Shown: piece after piece, positions 1 to 7,148 of the stretch
Layout of the letters: each line of letters begins with the position of its first letter
Numbering within the stretch: position 1 is the first letter of the stretch
Virus record (IMG/VR): IMGVR_UViG_3300048865_000013
Span: 1-42,530 of that record
Direction: 5' to 3' (one strand)
Origin: a virus
Taxonomy: Duplodnaviria; Caudoviricetes
DNA length: 42,530 nt
Translations under genes and position numbers: made by a program
Notes under the pieces: generated by a model
What the model was told of the DNA's origin: nothing
The model's database searches: none
What the model saw: the letters and a program-made list of their open reading frames with translations, nothing else

Positions 1-12
1 CGAGAGGATTGC

Positions 13-114
13 ATGTCCGAAGACCTGCCAACCACCGCGGCCGCCAGCGCATCGGCTGGTGCCACGGAAAAACATACGCCGATGATGCAGCAGTACCTGT
101 TACCGCTCTCGTAA
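13..114 (+). pseudogene. mutS: Displaced native 5' end of mutS, truncated by prophage insertion ([33 protein letters not shown])
   Basis: HTPMMQQYL is the conserved MutS N-terminal motif. The frame stops 4 codons after the att core; GAGGA RBS upstream. Confidence 0.88.
76..99 (+). repeat. Left att core ACGCCGATGATGCAGCAGTACCTG
   Basis: Identical to 42432-42455; encodes TPMMQQYL of MutS. Confidence 0.95.
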
Positions 115-127
115 GGCTCAGCTGAAT

Positions 128-149
128 AAGCTACGCTAAAAGGTACGCC
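128..149. promoter_or_regulatory. Putative integrase arm-type sites (AAGCTACGCT, AAAAGGTACGCC)
   Basis: The same AA(G/C)(C/G)TACGC motif occurs three times next to the right att (42215-42285). Confidence 0.6.
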
Positions 150-268
150 CGAGCGCTGAAAAAGAAGGCGGTTTTTGCGTGTACGGGCGATGCGGAACAA
201 CACCGAGCGCTGTAAAGTGGCGCTTGCAGGGCGGATCTAGTACTAAAGAACCATAGCGCCAAGTCGCG

Positions 269-712
269 ATGAAAAAAATAATCACATATGTTTTGCTGGA
301 GGTCGCGGTGCCACTGGCCTTGGTCGCGTGCCTCTACTGGCCAGCAGGGGAAACGGCTTTGTATGGAGAGGCCCACCTGTACTACAAGGTTTTTAGCTCG
401 GGTGATCTGATCGCCATATGCATAGCAATAGCCCTCAGTACCTTAGTCCATCTTGATGAATCCCACGAATCTATAATACGGGCCTCTGGCAATCCCCCTG
501 CGTGGTATTCAACAGGGAAGCAAGTTATCGCCATTATTGCAATAGGAATGGGAATTCTATACGTATTCGTGAAGATTACAGCTATGAAATATAGCTTCCC
601 TGAAGCAAATGCGCCTGTTGCAGAGAACATACAAGCAATGGCAACGTGGAACTTCTGCTCTGTCGTTGCAGCCGCCGGAATCGGTACACTGATTAGAATT
701 TTCGCAAAATAG
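269..712 (+). CDS. Hypothetical multi-pass (about 4 TM) membrane protein, cargo operon gene 1
   Basis: 147-aa ORF with four hydrophobic segments; AT-rich relative to the phage core. Confidence 0.75.
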   Translation: MKKIITYVLLEVAVPLALVACLYWPAGETALYGEAHLYYKVFSSGDLIAICIAIALSTLVHLDESHESIIRASGNPPAWYSTGKQVIAIIAIGMGILYVFVKITAMKYSFPEANAPVAENIQAMATWNFCSVVAAAGIGTLIRIFAK

Positions 713-720
713 AGGGCGAC

Positions 721-1173
721 ATGGCAACGACAACGGTAATCATGTCGGTGATAGCGTACTCACTCGTTATTGCGACCGCCTACTTGGCGTACATTATATC
801 GCGCGATAGGTCGCATAAAGCAAAGCCAGTTGCGCGCAACCAATTCACGAAATTTGACTACTCACACCTGTTCGAGAACGACCCAGCACTCGCTCGGTAC
901 CTAATAAAAATGCACGCCGCTACGCTAACACGGGAAACATCGAATAGCGACAGACTGCCTCAGAACACCCGGGTAGTTTCCGAAGGCACACAATTCGGCG
1001 AACACTCTGCCATGGACGTTCATGACGCGGTTCATGGCATGTTCCTTGACCAAGAGGTATCCCGCCATCTTGCAGCCTTGGCGGTACGCGGGCCCAAGGC
1101 AGAGGCAAGCTATACCAAGCGACAGCTTGCAGAAAAGAATACGCACAAAGGCGTGTTCGCGGGGGCCTTTTAA
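721..1173 (+). CDS. Hypothetical protein with N-terminal membrane anchor, cargo operon gene 2
   Basis: 150 aa, GAGG RBS, hydrophobic N-terminus; its stop overlaps the next start (TAATG). Confidence 0.72.
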   Translation: MATTTVIMSVIAYSLVIATAYLAYIISRDRSHKAKPVARNQFTKFDYSHLFENDPALARYLIKMHAATLTRETSNSDRLPQNTRVVSEGTQFGEHSAMDVHDAVHGMFLDQEVSRHLAALAVRGPKAEASYTKRQLAEKNTHKGVFAGAF

Positions 1174-1688
1174 TGATCAACAAAGCACTACTCGCGGAAG
1201 TCCTTAACAGATTGTCATTGAAGTATGAGGAAATGCCTCTCGAAGAAGGTGAGACTTTTACCACTCTTCGAGCCGAATTCGCTTCCTTTAGTCTTTGGTT
1301 TTTCTTAGACAACAATCAGTCAGATCTAACTGTCCATAGCCTTTTCAGATGGAATAAGGAATTCGGCGAAAAATCGGAAAAATTTGTTTCTATCCTAAAC
1401 GCGCTCAACTTTGAATCGCTTTCAGGCGGCCATCTCGAAACCAGTATCGACCGCACGATATGGCGGTACGTTACCGTTCGACATGACACAGGCCAATTGG
1501 ACGTTGACTCGACACAAAGACAGATTGCCTTCCAAATAATGTCCTCGGGTCTGGTTGCACAGGTTTTGGGCCGATTTTCGGAATTTCCAGATAGCCCTAC
1601 TGCGGCCGCTGCCGCCGCTGCGGAAGCGTTCCGTGCGGATTTCAAAGCATTTGTGGAATCCTCATCACACGAAAGCCGACAGGGGTAG
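1173..1688 (+). CDS. Hypothetical protein, possibly YbjN/type III chaperone-like fold, cargo operon gene 3
   Basis: 171 aa, translationally coupled; helix-strands-'ILNALN' helix-strands pattern is reminiscent of YbjN. Confidence 0.6.
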   Translation: MINKALLAEVLNRLSLKYEEMPLEEGETFTTLRAEFASFSLWFFLDNNQSDLTVHSLFRWNKEFGEKSEKFVSILNALNFESLSGGHLETSIDRTIWRYVTVRHDTGQLDVDSTQRQIAFQIMSSGLVAQVLGRFSEFPDSPTAAAAAAAEAFRADFKAFVESSSHESRQG

Positions 1689-1772
1689 GGAAATTTCGAT
1701 ACGGCGGCGCGCTCAGAAAGCGCCGCCATGCCGGAAGCCGGCGGCGCCCAGAAGCTCGCTAGCCGAATGCTA

Positions 1773-1792
1773 TACTGTATATTCATACAGTA
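1773..1792. promoter_or_regulatory. LexA (SOS) box TACTGTATATTCATACAGTA
   Basis: Near-perfect CTGT-N8-ACAG palindrome 14 nt upstream of the ATG at 1807. Confidence 0.88.
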
Positions 1793-1806
1793 TACGCAGG
1801 CGCATC

Positions 1807-2121
1807 ATGGGCAACAGCAAACTCGCCAACGGCTGCCAACACCCGTCCGCCACTCCTACCGCGCGTAGCTGCCCTGAGAAGGGCATCCTGGCCTATGTGC
1901 CGGGCGACATCATCTCGGAGGCTGGGAAGCAGCTACCTGCGCCGGACCCGTTCGGGCCCGAGCACAGCGAAGTCGAGATCGATGCCCGGCACGCCGGTCG
2001 GGTGCGCATCTTCTTCGAGCTTGGCAAGGTTCGGCACCACAAGCACTCGCACTGGTACTGGAAAGCCTACCGGGCGGAGCCAGTGCATGGAGACTGGGAT
2101 TCGGACGCCAGTCAGACGTAG
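1807..2121 (+). CDS. SOS-regulated small hypothetical protein (104 aa)
   Basis: ATG directly downstream of the LexA box; C-terminal part of ORF 1555..2121. Confidence 0.7.
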   Translation: MGNSKLANGCQHPSATPTARSCPEKGILAYVPGDIISEAGKQLPAPDPFGPEHSEVEIDARHAGRVRIFFELGKVRHHKHSHWYWKAYRAEPVHGDWDSDASQT

Positions 2122-2181
2122 CCCTATACCGCCTCGGGTGACCTCCGCGTACAACGGAAGTGACATTCATAGGAGGCGACC

Positions 2182-2406
2182 ATGGCAGGAAATATCCACG
2201 TCGTGCCGTCGGACGGCAACGGTTGGGCGATTGAGGTAGAGGGAGCCGGCCGCTCCAACGTCCACTACCCATCCCAGGAAGAAGCGATCAAGGCCGCCAC
2301 CGAGAAGGCAAAGCAGGCCAAGGTTGAGCTATTCATCCATGGCCGCGATGGCCAGATCCGCGAGCGGAACAGCTTCGGCCACGATCCCCGCGACATCAAG
2401 GGGTAG
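2182..2406 (+). CDS. DUF2188 family protein
   Basis: IHVVP..GWAI...SQEEAI..A...A....ELFIHGRDGQIRERNSFGHDP signature; AGGAGG RBS. Confidence 0.88.
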   Translation: MAGNIHVVPSDGNGWAIEVEGAGRSNVHYPSQEEAIKAATEKAKQAKVELFIHGRDGQIRERNSFGHDPRDIKG

Positions 2407-2409
2407 ATC

Positions 2410-3036
2410 ATGGCCACGGCTCGGCCGCCCGCCCCGACGCTGGCCGAGCTCTCCCCCATGTTGCTCGAGGAGCGGCGCGCCGTCCCTCAGGGCGACTGGC
2501 ACTTCGAGATCAAGTACGACGGGTACCGGTTGCTGGCCGGCAGCAGCCCCGCTCGCCTGAAGTCGCGCAACGGGCATGACGCGACAGCGTGGTATCCGGA
2601 GGTCGCCGCGGCGGTCGGCAACTTGAAAGCCCGCTGCATCTTCGACGGGGAGGTCTGCGTCCTGGACGAGCACGGCCGGAGCGACTTCGAGCTGCTGCAT
2701 CGCCGGTCGGCGCGCCGCGGCAAACCGCCCGGCTCCCACCATGTCGCCTACTGCGTCTTTGACCTGCTGGTCAACGGCGGCCGGGACATGCGCGAGCAGC
2801 CGATCGAGAAGCGCAAGGCAGCGCTCCGGAAGATCCTGGGCTGCTGCCCCGATACCCTGCTTTTCGTCGACTGGGTGGAGGATGGCGACTGGCTATACCA
2901 GCAGGCGCTGGCACTCAGGCTGGAAGGCATTGTCGCCAAACGCGCCGGCAGCGCGTATGCGGCCGGAAAGCGGTCCAGCGACTGGATCAAGGTGAAGCGT
3001 CCGGGCGCCGTGCCGGCGGAGCGGTTCAAGCGGTAG
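2410..3036 (+). CDS. Minimal ATP-dependent DNA ligase (LigD/LigC-type nucleotidyltransferase domain only)
   Basis: Motifs I EIKYDGYR, III IFDGEV, IIIa VFDLL, IV LEGIVAK and V WIKVK present; the protein ends before any OB domain. Confidence 0.88.
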   Translation: MATARPPAPTLAELSPMLLEERRAVPQGDWHFEIKYDGYRLLAGSSPARLKSRNGHDATAWYPEVAAAVGNLKARCIFDGEVCVLDEHGRSDFELLHRRSARRGKPPGSHHVAYCVFDLLVNGGRDMREQPIEKRKAALRKILGCCPDTLLFVDWVEDGDWLYQQALALRLEGIVAKRAGSAYAAGKRSSDWIKVKRPGAVPAERFKR

Positions 3037-3400
3037 AGCGCGAAGATCCCACAAGAGGAAACCGAGGGAACGCTTCAGGACAATTGGCTCTGAGCCTGAC
3101 ACCGGGAGAGCCATATGCGGGACCGTCTGCGCGTTCTCATTGACCTATTGGACTTTATTACCCTCGCTTGGACTTCGTAGAGCGAGTGGTTCAAATCTGG
3201 CCTTGGTAGCCTGGCGGCTCACCGGAGGCGGCAATGCACCCCCATTCCGCACCGCGGCCGACACGTTCAGGCCGCCCCTCGGAAAAGCACGTAGCTACTG
3301 CCAATCAAAACACGACGATTGCGCGAGAAGCGGAAATTCCACAAGAGGAAATTCGCCCAATGCCCCGAGAGAATCGCTCTACCTCAATACGGAGAGCCAA

Positions 3401-3496
3401 ATGCGAGAACCATTCGCGGCCTTTAAGGACTACATCGAACTCGCGCTGCTGGTCTGGGACCTGCTGGAATTGCTGGTGCAGGTACTTCAGCCTTAG
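3401..3496 (+). CDS. Candidate 31-aa peptide MREPFAAFKDYIELALLVWDLLELLVQVLQP
   Basis: GGAGAG RBS before the ATG; amphipathic/hydrophobic helix. Confidence 0.4.
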   Translation: MREPFAAFKDYIELALLVWDLLELLVQVLQP

Positions 3497-3709
3497 AACC
3501 CGTTGTTGCAAAAATACAACGGATTTGCGTTTTGATTGCTAATAAATGAGTATGAGAAACGCAGTGTCGGATAAATGCCACGTCAATGCGACGTCGCGGA
3601 GTGGCGCTTCAGTACAATGGCGCCAACTCGACACACGTTGAGGAGGGCCCGGGGCTCGATGTATGCGCATCGCGCCGCCGGGAGTTACAACTAATCTGTG
3701 GAGGGCTCG

Positions 3710-3778
3710 ATGCCAATCCAAGACTTCATCATCGTGATGTTGACCATGTTCGTGGTCATGTCGATCCTTCATCGCTAA
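3710..3778 (+). CDS. Candidate 22-aa hydrophobic peptide MPIQDFIIVMLTMFVVMSILHR (type I toxin-like)
   Basis: GGAGG RBS, a single TM-length hydrophobic stretch, followed by a GC-rich hairpin; not in the ORF track. Confidence 0.5.
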   Translation: MPIQDFIIVMLTMFVVMSILHR

Positions 3779-4074
3779 ATGAAGGCGACCGGCCGCCCAA
3801 TGGATTTGCAGCCCGGGCGGTCGGTACGGAGAATATTACATCGCAATGAGGTGAGGCAACTCAAAAATGAGGATGTGTCGACACTGACCAACAGTGTCTG
3901 CCAGCACCCCGGCATACTTCGACCACACATCCACCGTCTTCCGGTGCGAACCAGCAGCCGCCCTAGCGCCGCCAGCACCGTTTCAACACGCACCACCAAA
4001 GTTGGGGTCAAGTTAGCGACAGCCTTGCCGATATGCGCATACGTTAGTGCGATATATCGAAACGGAGCTGTTAC

Positions 4075-4506
4075 ATGATCACACCGATGATGCTGCGAGC
4101 AATCGCCTTGTCAACTGTTCTCGCAGTAGGCTCAGCGCTGAGCGGATGCGCGACCCCGCCAGCCACCGTGACACAGAACGCCGATTACGGGCAGTTTCCC
4201 ACCGACTATAAGCTCTCGGTCCGGAGCTTCTTGCAGACCTACTTGAAAGACCCAGAGTCAGCACGGGTCCGTTACCTGACGGAACCCATCAAGGCATATA
4301 ACCGGGCTGCACCAATCGCTGGCGGCAACCCATTGCAATTCGGGTACCTCGTCGTCGTCGGAGTGAACGCAAAGAACAGCTATGGCGGCTATACCGGAGA
4401 GCAGCCAATGCGCTTGCTCATCAAGGATGACATCGTAAGAGCGGTCATTGAGCCGAATCCGTATTTCTCCGAGCCGTGGTATCAGCCTCAATACCCGTCG
4501 CCCTGA
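4075..4506 (+). CDS. Prophage lipoprotein moron (LKDPESA...NAKNSYGGYTG family)
   Basis: Signal peptide with lipobox LSG-C; GGAG RBS; convergent with the lysis cassette. Confidence 0.8.
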   Translation: MITPMMLRAIALSTVLAVGSALSGCATPPATVTQNADYGQFPTDYKLSVRSFLQTYLKDPESARVRYLTEPIKAYNRAAPIAGGNPLQFGYLVVVGVNAKNSYGGYTGEQPMRLLIKDDIVRAVIEPNPYFSEPWYQPQYPSP

Positions 4507-5039
4507 ACGGTCAAGGCTTCGTAGGTCCGCTCACAGGCTTGGCCTGCGATGCGGGCAGCGTCAGCGTATTGAGCCAGGATTCCCGCTCGGCGGTCACACC
4601 GGCCGAGCACGTCGGCAAGCATTCCGATGGGATCGCCGGCTGCCGAGCCTCCGCTGGTAGCGGTGGAATCGCCGCCGGCTCGGCTGGCGGCGACCAAGTC
4701 GGCAACTCGCTGGCGCAACCTGCCAGCAATAGCATCAGCAGCGCGAGCATCGGCGCGCGCCTGGTCTGCTTCCTTCTTCGCAGCATTCGCAATCTCCGCT
4801 TGTTCGAATAGGCGGCGCTGTTCTTCCCGGCGCGCATCGCCTACTGCCCCGACCTTCGCCGCCTCCTGGGCGAGCCGTTCCTCGGCATAGCTGCGGCGCA
4901 GGCTATCGATCTCGCCGTCTTTGCGCCAGCCCTGAACGGACCAGCCGGTGGCGAACGCCGCGCCGGCCAGCACCACGACAGCGACCGCGCGCCACGGCAC
5001 GGCCGCAGCGGCTGCTCGAATGGCAGTCGTCTGAATCAT
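4488..5039 (-). CDS. Rz-like inner-membrane spanin (DUF2514-like)
   Basis: N-terminal TM, Ala-rich coiled coil, C-terminal AGQACE; contains an embedded lipoprotein gene. Confidence 0.85.
   Translation of the reverse strand: MIQTTAIRAAAAAVPWRAVAVVVLAGAAFATGWSVQGWRKDGEIDSLRRSYAEERLAQEAAKVGAVGDARREEQRRLFEQAEIANAAKKEADQARADARAADAIAGRLRQRVADLVAASRAGGDSTATSGGSAAGDPIGMLADVLGRCDRRAGILAQYADAARIAGQACERTYEALTVQGDGY
4511..4786 (-). CDS. Rz1-like outer-membrane spanin embedded in Rz
   Basis: Lipobox LLAG-C, Pro-rich with Cys pair, alternate frame inside Rz; start could instead be 4750. Confidence 0.82.
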   Translation of the reverse strand: MLRRRKQTRRAPMLALLMLLLAGCASELPTWSPPAEPAAIPPLPAEARQPAIPSECLPTCSAGVTAERESWLNTLTLPASQAKPVSGPTKP

Positions 5040-5230
5040 CGTTCCCTCGTCGCGCATTCGGCGTACATACGCGCCGCCGTGTCGATGTGGGCCAGCAGCG
5101 CCTGGCGCCCTGCTCCTCGCTCGAGCTTGGGCAACGGCGGGCATCCCTCGCGCGCCGCCGGCGCCGGTGCATCTGGCCCGGCTGGAGCCGCGCAGCCCAC
5201 CAGCAGCAGACAGAACACAAACGCCTTCAT
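5036..5230 (-). CDS. Small Pro-rich lipoprotein (second o-spanin-like)
   Basis: MKAFVFCLLLVG-C lipobox, CPPLP, C-terminal YAEC; ATGA-coupled on both sides. Confidence 0.72.
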   Translation of the reverse strand: MKAFVFCLLLVGCAAPAGPDAPAPAAREGCPPLPKLERGAGRQALLAHIDTAARMYAECATRER

Positions 5231-5658
5231 CGGCCGCCCTCCTTCAGCTTCCTGTTCGCAGCCTCGATCGCGCCATTGACCCGCGATCGCTCCGCCTCCG
5301 ACAACGGCGCTGGCGCGCTTCGAGCGGCCTGCTTGACCGTCCTCGCGGCCTCGGCCGACGTCTCCGCCGCCTGGGCCGCGGCGCCAGCCGCCGCCGAAGC
5401 GGTCTGTGCGATGTCTCCGAGCTGGGGCGCCAGCGCCTGGAGCGTCCACGAGAACGTGCCCTGCAGCCGCTCGATCTCCGCAGCGTGGTCTGCGCGCATC
5501 TGCACGAAGACATCCCGCGCTTGCCACTGCGCAAGCGCGTAGCCGCCGACCGCGCCGCCCATGGCGATCACCAGCACCAGCGTGATCGCTTCCAGTACGT
5601 GGGCCACGCGCCGGAACGTGTCCCGGTGCCTGGCCAGCCAATCACGAACCCTTTTCAT
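5227..5658 (-). CDS. Single-TM coiled-coil lysis-region protein (second i-spanin-like)
   Basis: Basic N-terminus, one TM, Ala-rich helical domain. Confidence 0.7.
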   Translation of the reverse strand: MKRVRDWLARHRDTFRRVAHVLEAITLVLVIAMGGAVGGYALAQWQARDVFVQMRADHAAEIERLQGTFSWTLQALAPQLGDIAQTASAAAGAAAQAAETSAEAARTVKQAARSAPAPLSEAERSRVNGAIEAANRKLKEGGR

Positions 5659-5983
5659 CCAGCTTCTCCTTGAGGTGTCGCACCTCGGCCGTCAGCTCGG
5701 CAATCGTTCGCTTCAGGTCGCCGATCTCGCGCAGCAGGTCGTTGCGCTCCTTGTAGGCGGTATCCGCTCGCTGCTCGGCCAGATCGGCCCGGGCGTTCGC
5801 CTTGTCGAGCAGGTCCTGCAGCCGCTCGATGATGTCGGTCTCTGCCTGGCTCCGCGCCCCCTCGACGCGATCGGTTCGCCATACCTTTCGGACCAGCCAG
5901 ATTGCCCCGCCAATCGCGGCCAGAATCGCCCCGAATGCCCCGCTCGCGCCCCCCGGCACGTCCACCATCGCGTTCAGATCCAT
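5642..5983 (-). CDS. Putative holin/antiholin-like protein (N-terminal TM plus coiled coil)
   Basis: C-terminal 113 aa of ORF 5642..6523; AAGGA RBS; lies directly after the endolysin. Confidence 0.65.
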   Translation of the reverse strand: MDLNAMVDVPGGASGAFGAILAAIGGAIWLVRKVWRTDRVEGARSQAETDIIERLQDLLDKANARADLAEQRADTAYKERNDLLREIGDLKRTIAELTAEVRHLKEKLDEKGS

Positions 5984-6000
5984 CGTCCTTTCCAGTGGGC

Positions 6001-6507
6001 TTACGCCTCGATGTCGGTGCCGCCGTGCGCCAGGTAGACGTCGCGCAGCGCTTCCAGTCGGTGCTCGCGCTGGCCGTAGCCGGCGCCCGGCAGGCTGGCC
6101 CATTCCTGCCGGCACTTGCGCACCGCCTCGGCGAATCGGCCGGCCATCAGATCCGGCAGCGCGCCGCGGCGCTTCACCAGGTAGGCGGCGACGATGTCCT
6201 GCGATCGCGGGCTGAAGTCCGTCACGCCGCAGGCGCGGCTCGCCCAATCCCACGTGTCCGTTCTGATCTTCCCTGGCACGGCCGCCATGATCTGGTACCG
6301 CCCAGCGGCATCGCTCAGACCCCAGCGGGTGAGCACAACGATGCGCGGGTGCTCGTCGTATCCGGCGAACAGCTTGCCGCCGACGTTCACGTTGTAGCCA
6401 TCGTCGCTGTTTGCGACTGTCGTGGTCCCTTCGCTGAATCCCAGCATGTCGAGGAAGGCGGCCATGTTCCGGCCGCCGGGCAGTTTGTCGGGATGGGTAA
6501 ATGGCAT
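6001..6507 (-). CDS. Endolysin, lambda R-type lytic transglycosylase (GH104)
   Basis: AFLDML..SEGT, AAGRYQ, DFSP.SQD and EWASLPGAGYGQ motifs. Confidence 0.93.
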   Translation of the reverse strand: MPFTHPDKLPGGRNMAAFLDMLGFSEGTTTVANSDDGYNVNVGGKLFAGYDEHPRIVVLTRWGLSDAAGRYQIMAAVPGKIRTDTWDWASRACGVTDFSPRSQDIVAAYLVKRRGALPDLMAGRFAEAVRKCRQEWASLPGAGYGQREHRLEALRDVYLAHGGTDIEA

Positions 6508-6523
6508 TGCTGGCTCCGGACAA

Positions 6524-6551
6524 TAAAAAATGCCCGCGCTATGGCGGGCAT
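6524..6551 (-). terminator. Intrinsic terminator upstream of the endolysin
   Basis: ATGCCCGC/GCGGGCAT stem followed by a T-tract on the minus strand. Confidence 0.65.
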
Positions 6552-6591
6552 ATGCTTCGCGGCGCGCTCTGCGCCGTGCGACTCGTGTCGC

Positions 6592-6620
6592 TTGTAAACC
6601 GTTGCACCCTTCCCTACGAT
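6592..6620 (+). promoter_or_regulatory. sigma70-like promoter of the TonB-CTD moron (TTGTAA-17-TACGAT)
   Basis: Good -35/-10 match with 17-bp spacer. Confidence 0.6.
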
Positions 6621-6786
6621 CCATCAGACGCCTCTGATGTCGATCAGCAGAAGCGTCTGCACCCCACGGCTGGGGGGTGCTCATCGACTGTTACAGTTCG
6701 GCCTTCCTCAGTAACATGCAGGCCCAATGAGGCCAACCCATGCCCTAGGCTTGGCTGATTTTCCCAACGGAATGAGGGGACACACG

Positions 6787-7134
6787 ATGACAACGAAGTG
6801 CCTGACGACTGCCGTGGCTGTCGGCATCCTCTTCTCTACAACGGCTGTGCATGCATTCCCCTCAACGCGATGCGTCATGACGCCGCCTGCTTACCCAGAC
6901 TCTGCCGTACGGGCCCGGGCAGAAGGACATGCGCAAGTCACGATGAAGGTCACTGCGGCCGGTGAGGTCGCCTGGATTCGCGTATCGGAGCCCAGTGGCA
7001 ACGCGGTACTAGATGAGGCTGCGGCTGCGGCAGCGTGGAAAGCCAACTGTTCCAGCGGTATCGAAGAACTGGTGGTATGGCCCGTGGAGTTTAAGATCAT
7101 CAAAAGGGCAAAGGGACCCGAGCTATTCCCGTGA
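6787..7134 (+). CDS. Secreted stand-alone TonB C-terminal domain protein
   Basis: Cleavable signal peptide (..TAVHA|F), then PAYP..A.....EG...V...V...G.V..I.V..PSGN.VLDEAA..A...W, ending PVEF; opposite strand to flanking late genes. Confidence 0.85.
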   Translation: MTTKCLTTAVAVGILFSTTAVHAFPSTRCVMTPPAYPDSAVRARAEGHAQVTMKVTAAGEVAWIRVSEPSGNAVLDEAAAAAAWKANCSSGIEELVVWPVEFKIIKRAKGPELFP

Positions 7135-7148
7135 TCGCGCCAACCGCG

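Noticed and set aside
1555-1806. N-terminal extension of ORF 1555..2121
   Set aside because: Overlaps the upstream gene and runs through the LexA box; the ATG at 1807 is the more plausible start.
2410-3036. Complete NHEJ (Ku-LigD) system
   Set aside because: No Ku, polymerase, phosphoesterase or OB domain in the window.
3539-4078. ORFs 3539..3772(-), 3586..3849(+), 3775..4011(-) and 3779..4078(+)
   Set aside because: Mutually overlapping, no good RBS, no protein-like composition; the short peptide at 3710 explains the region better.
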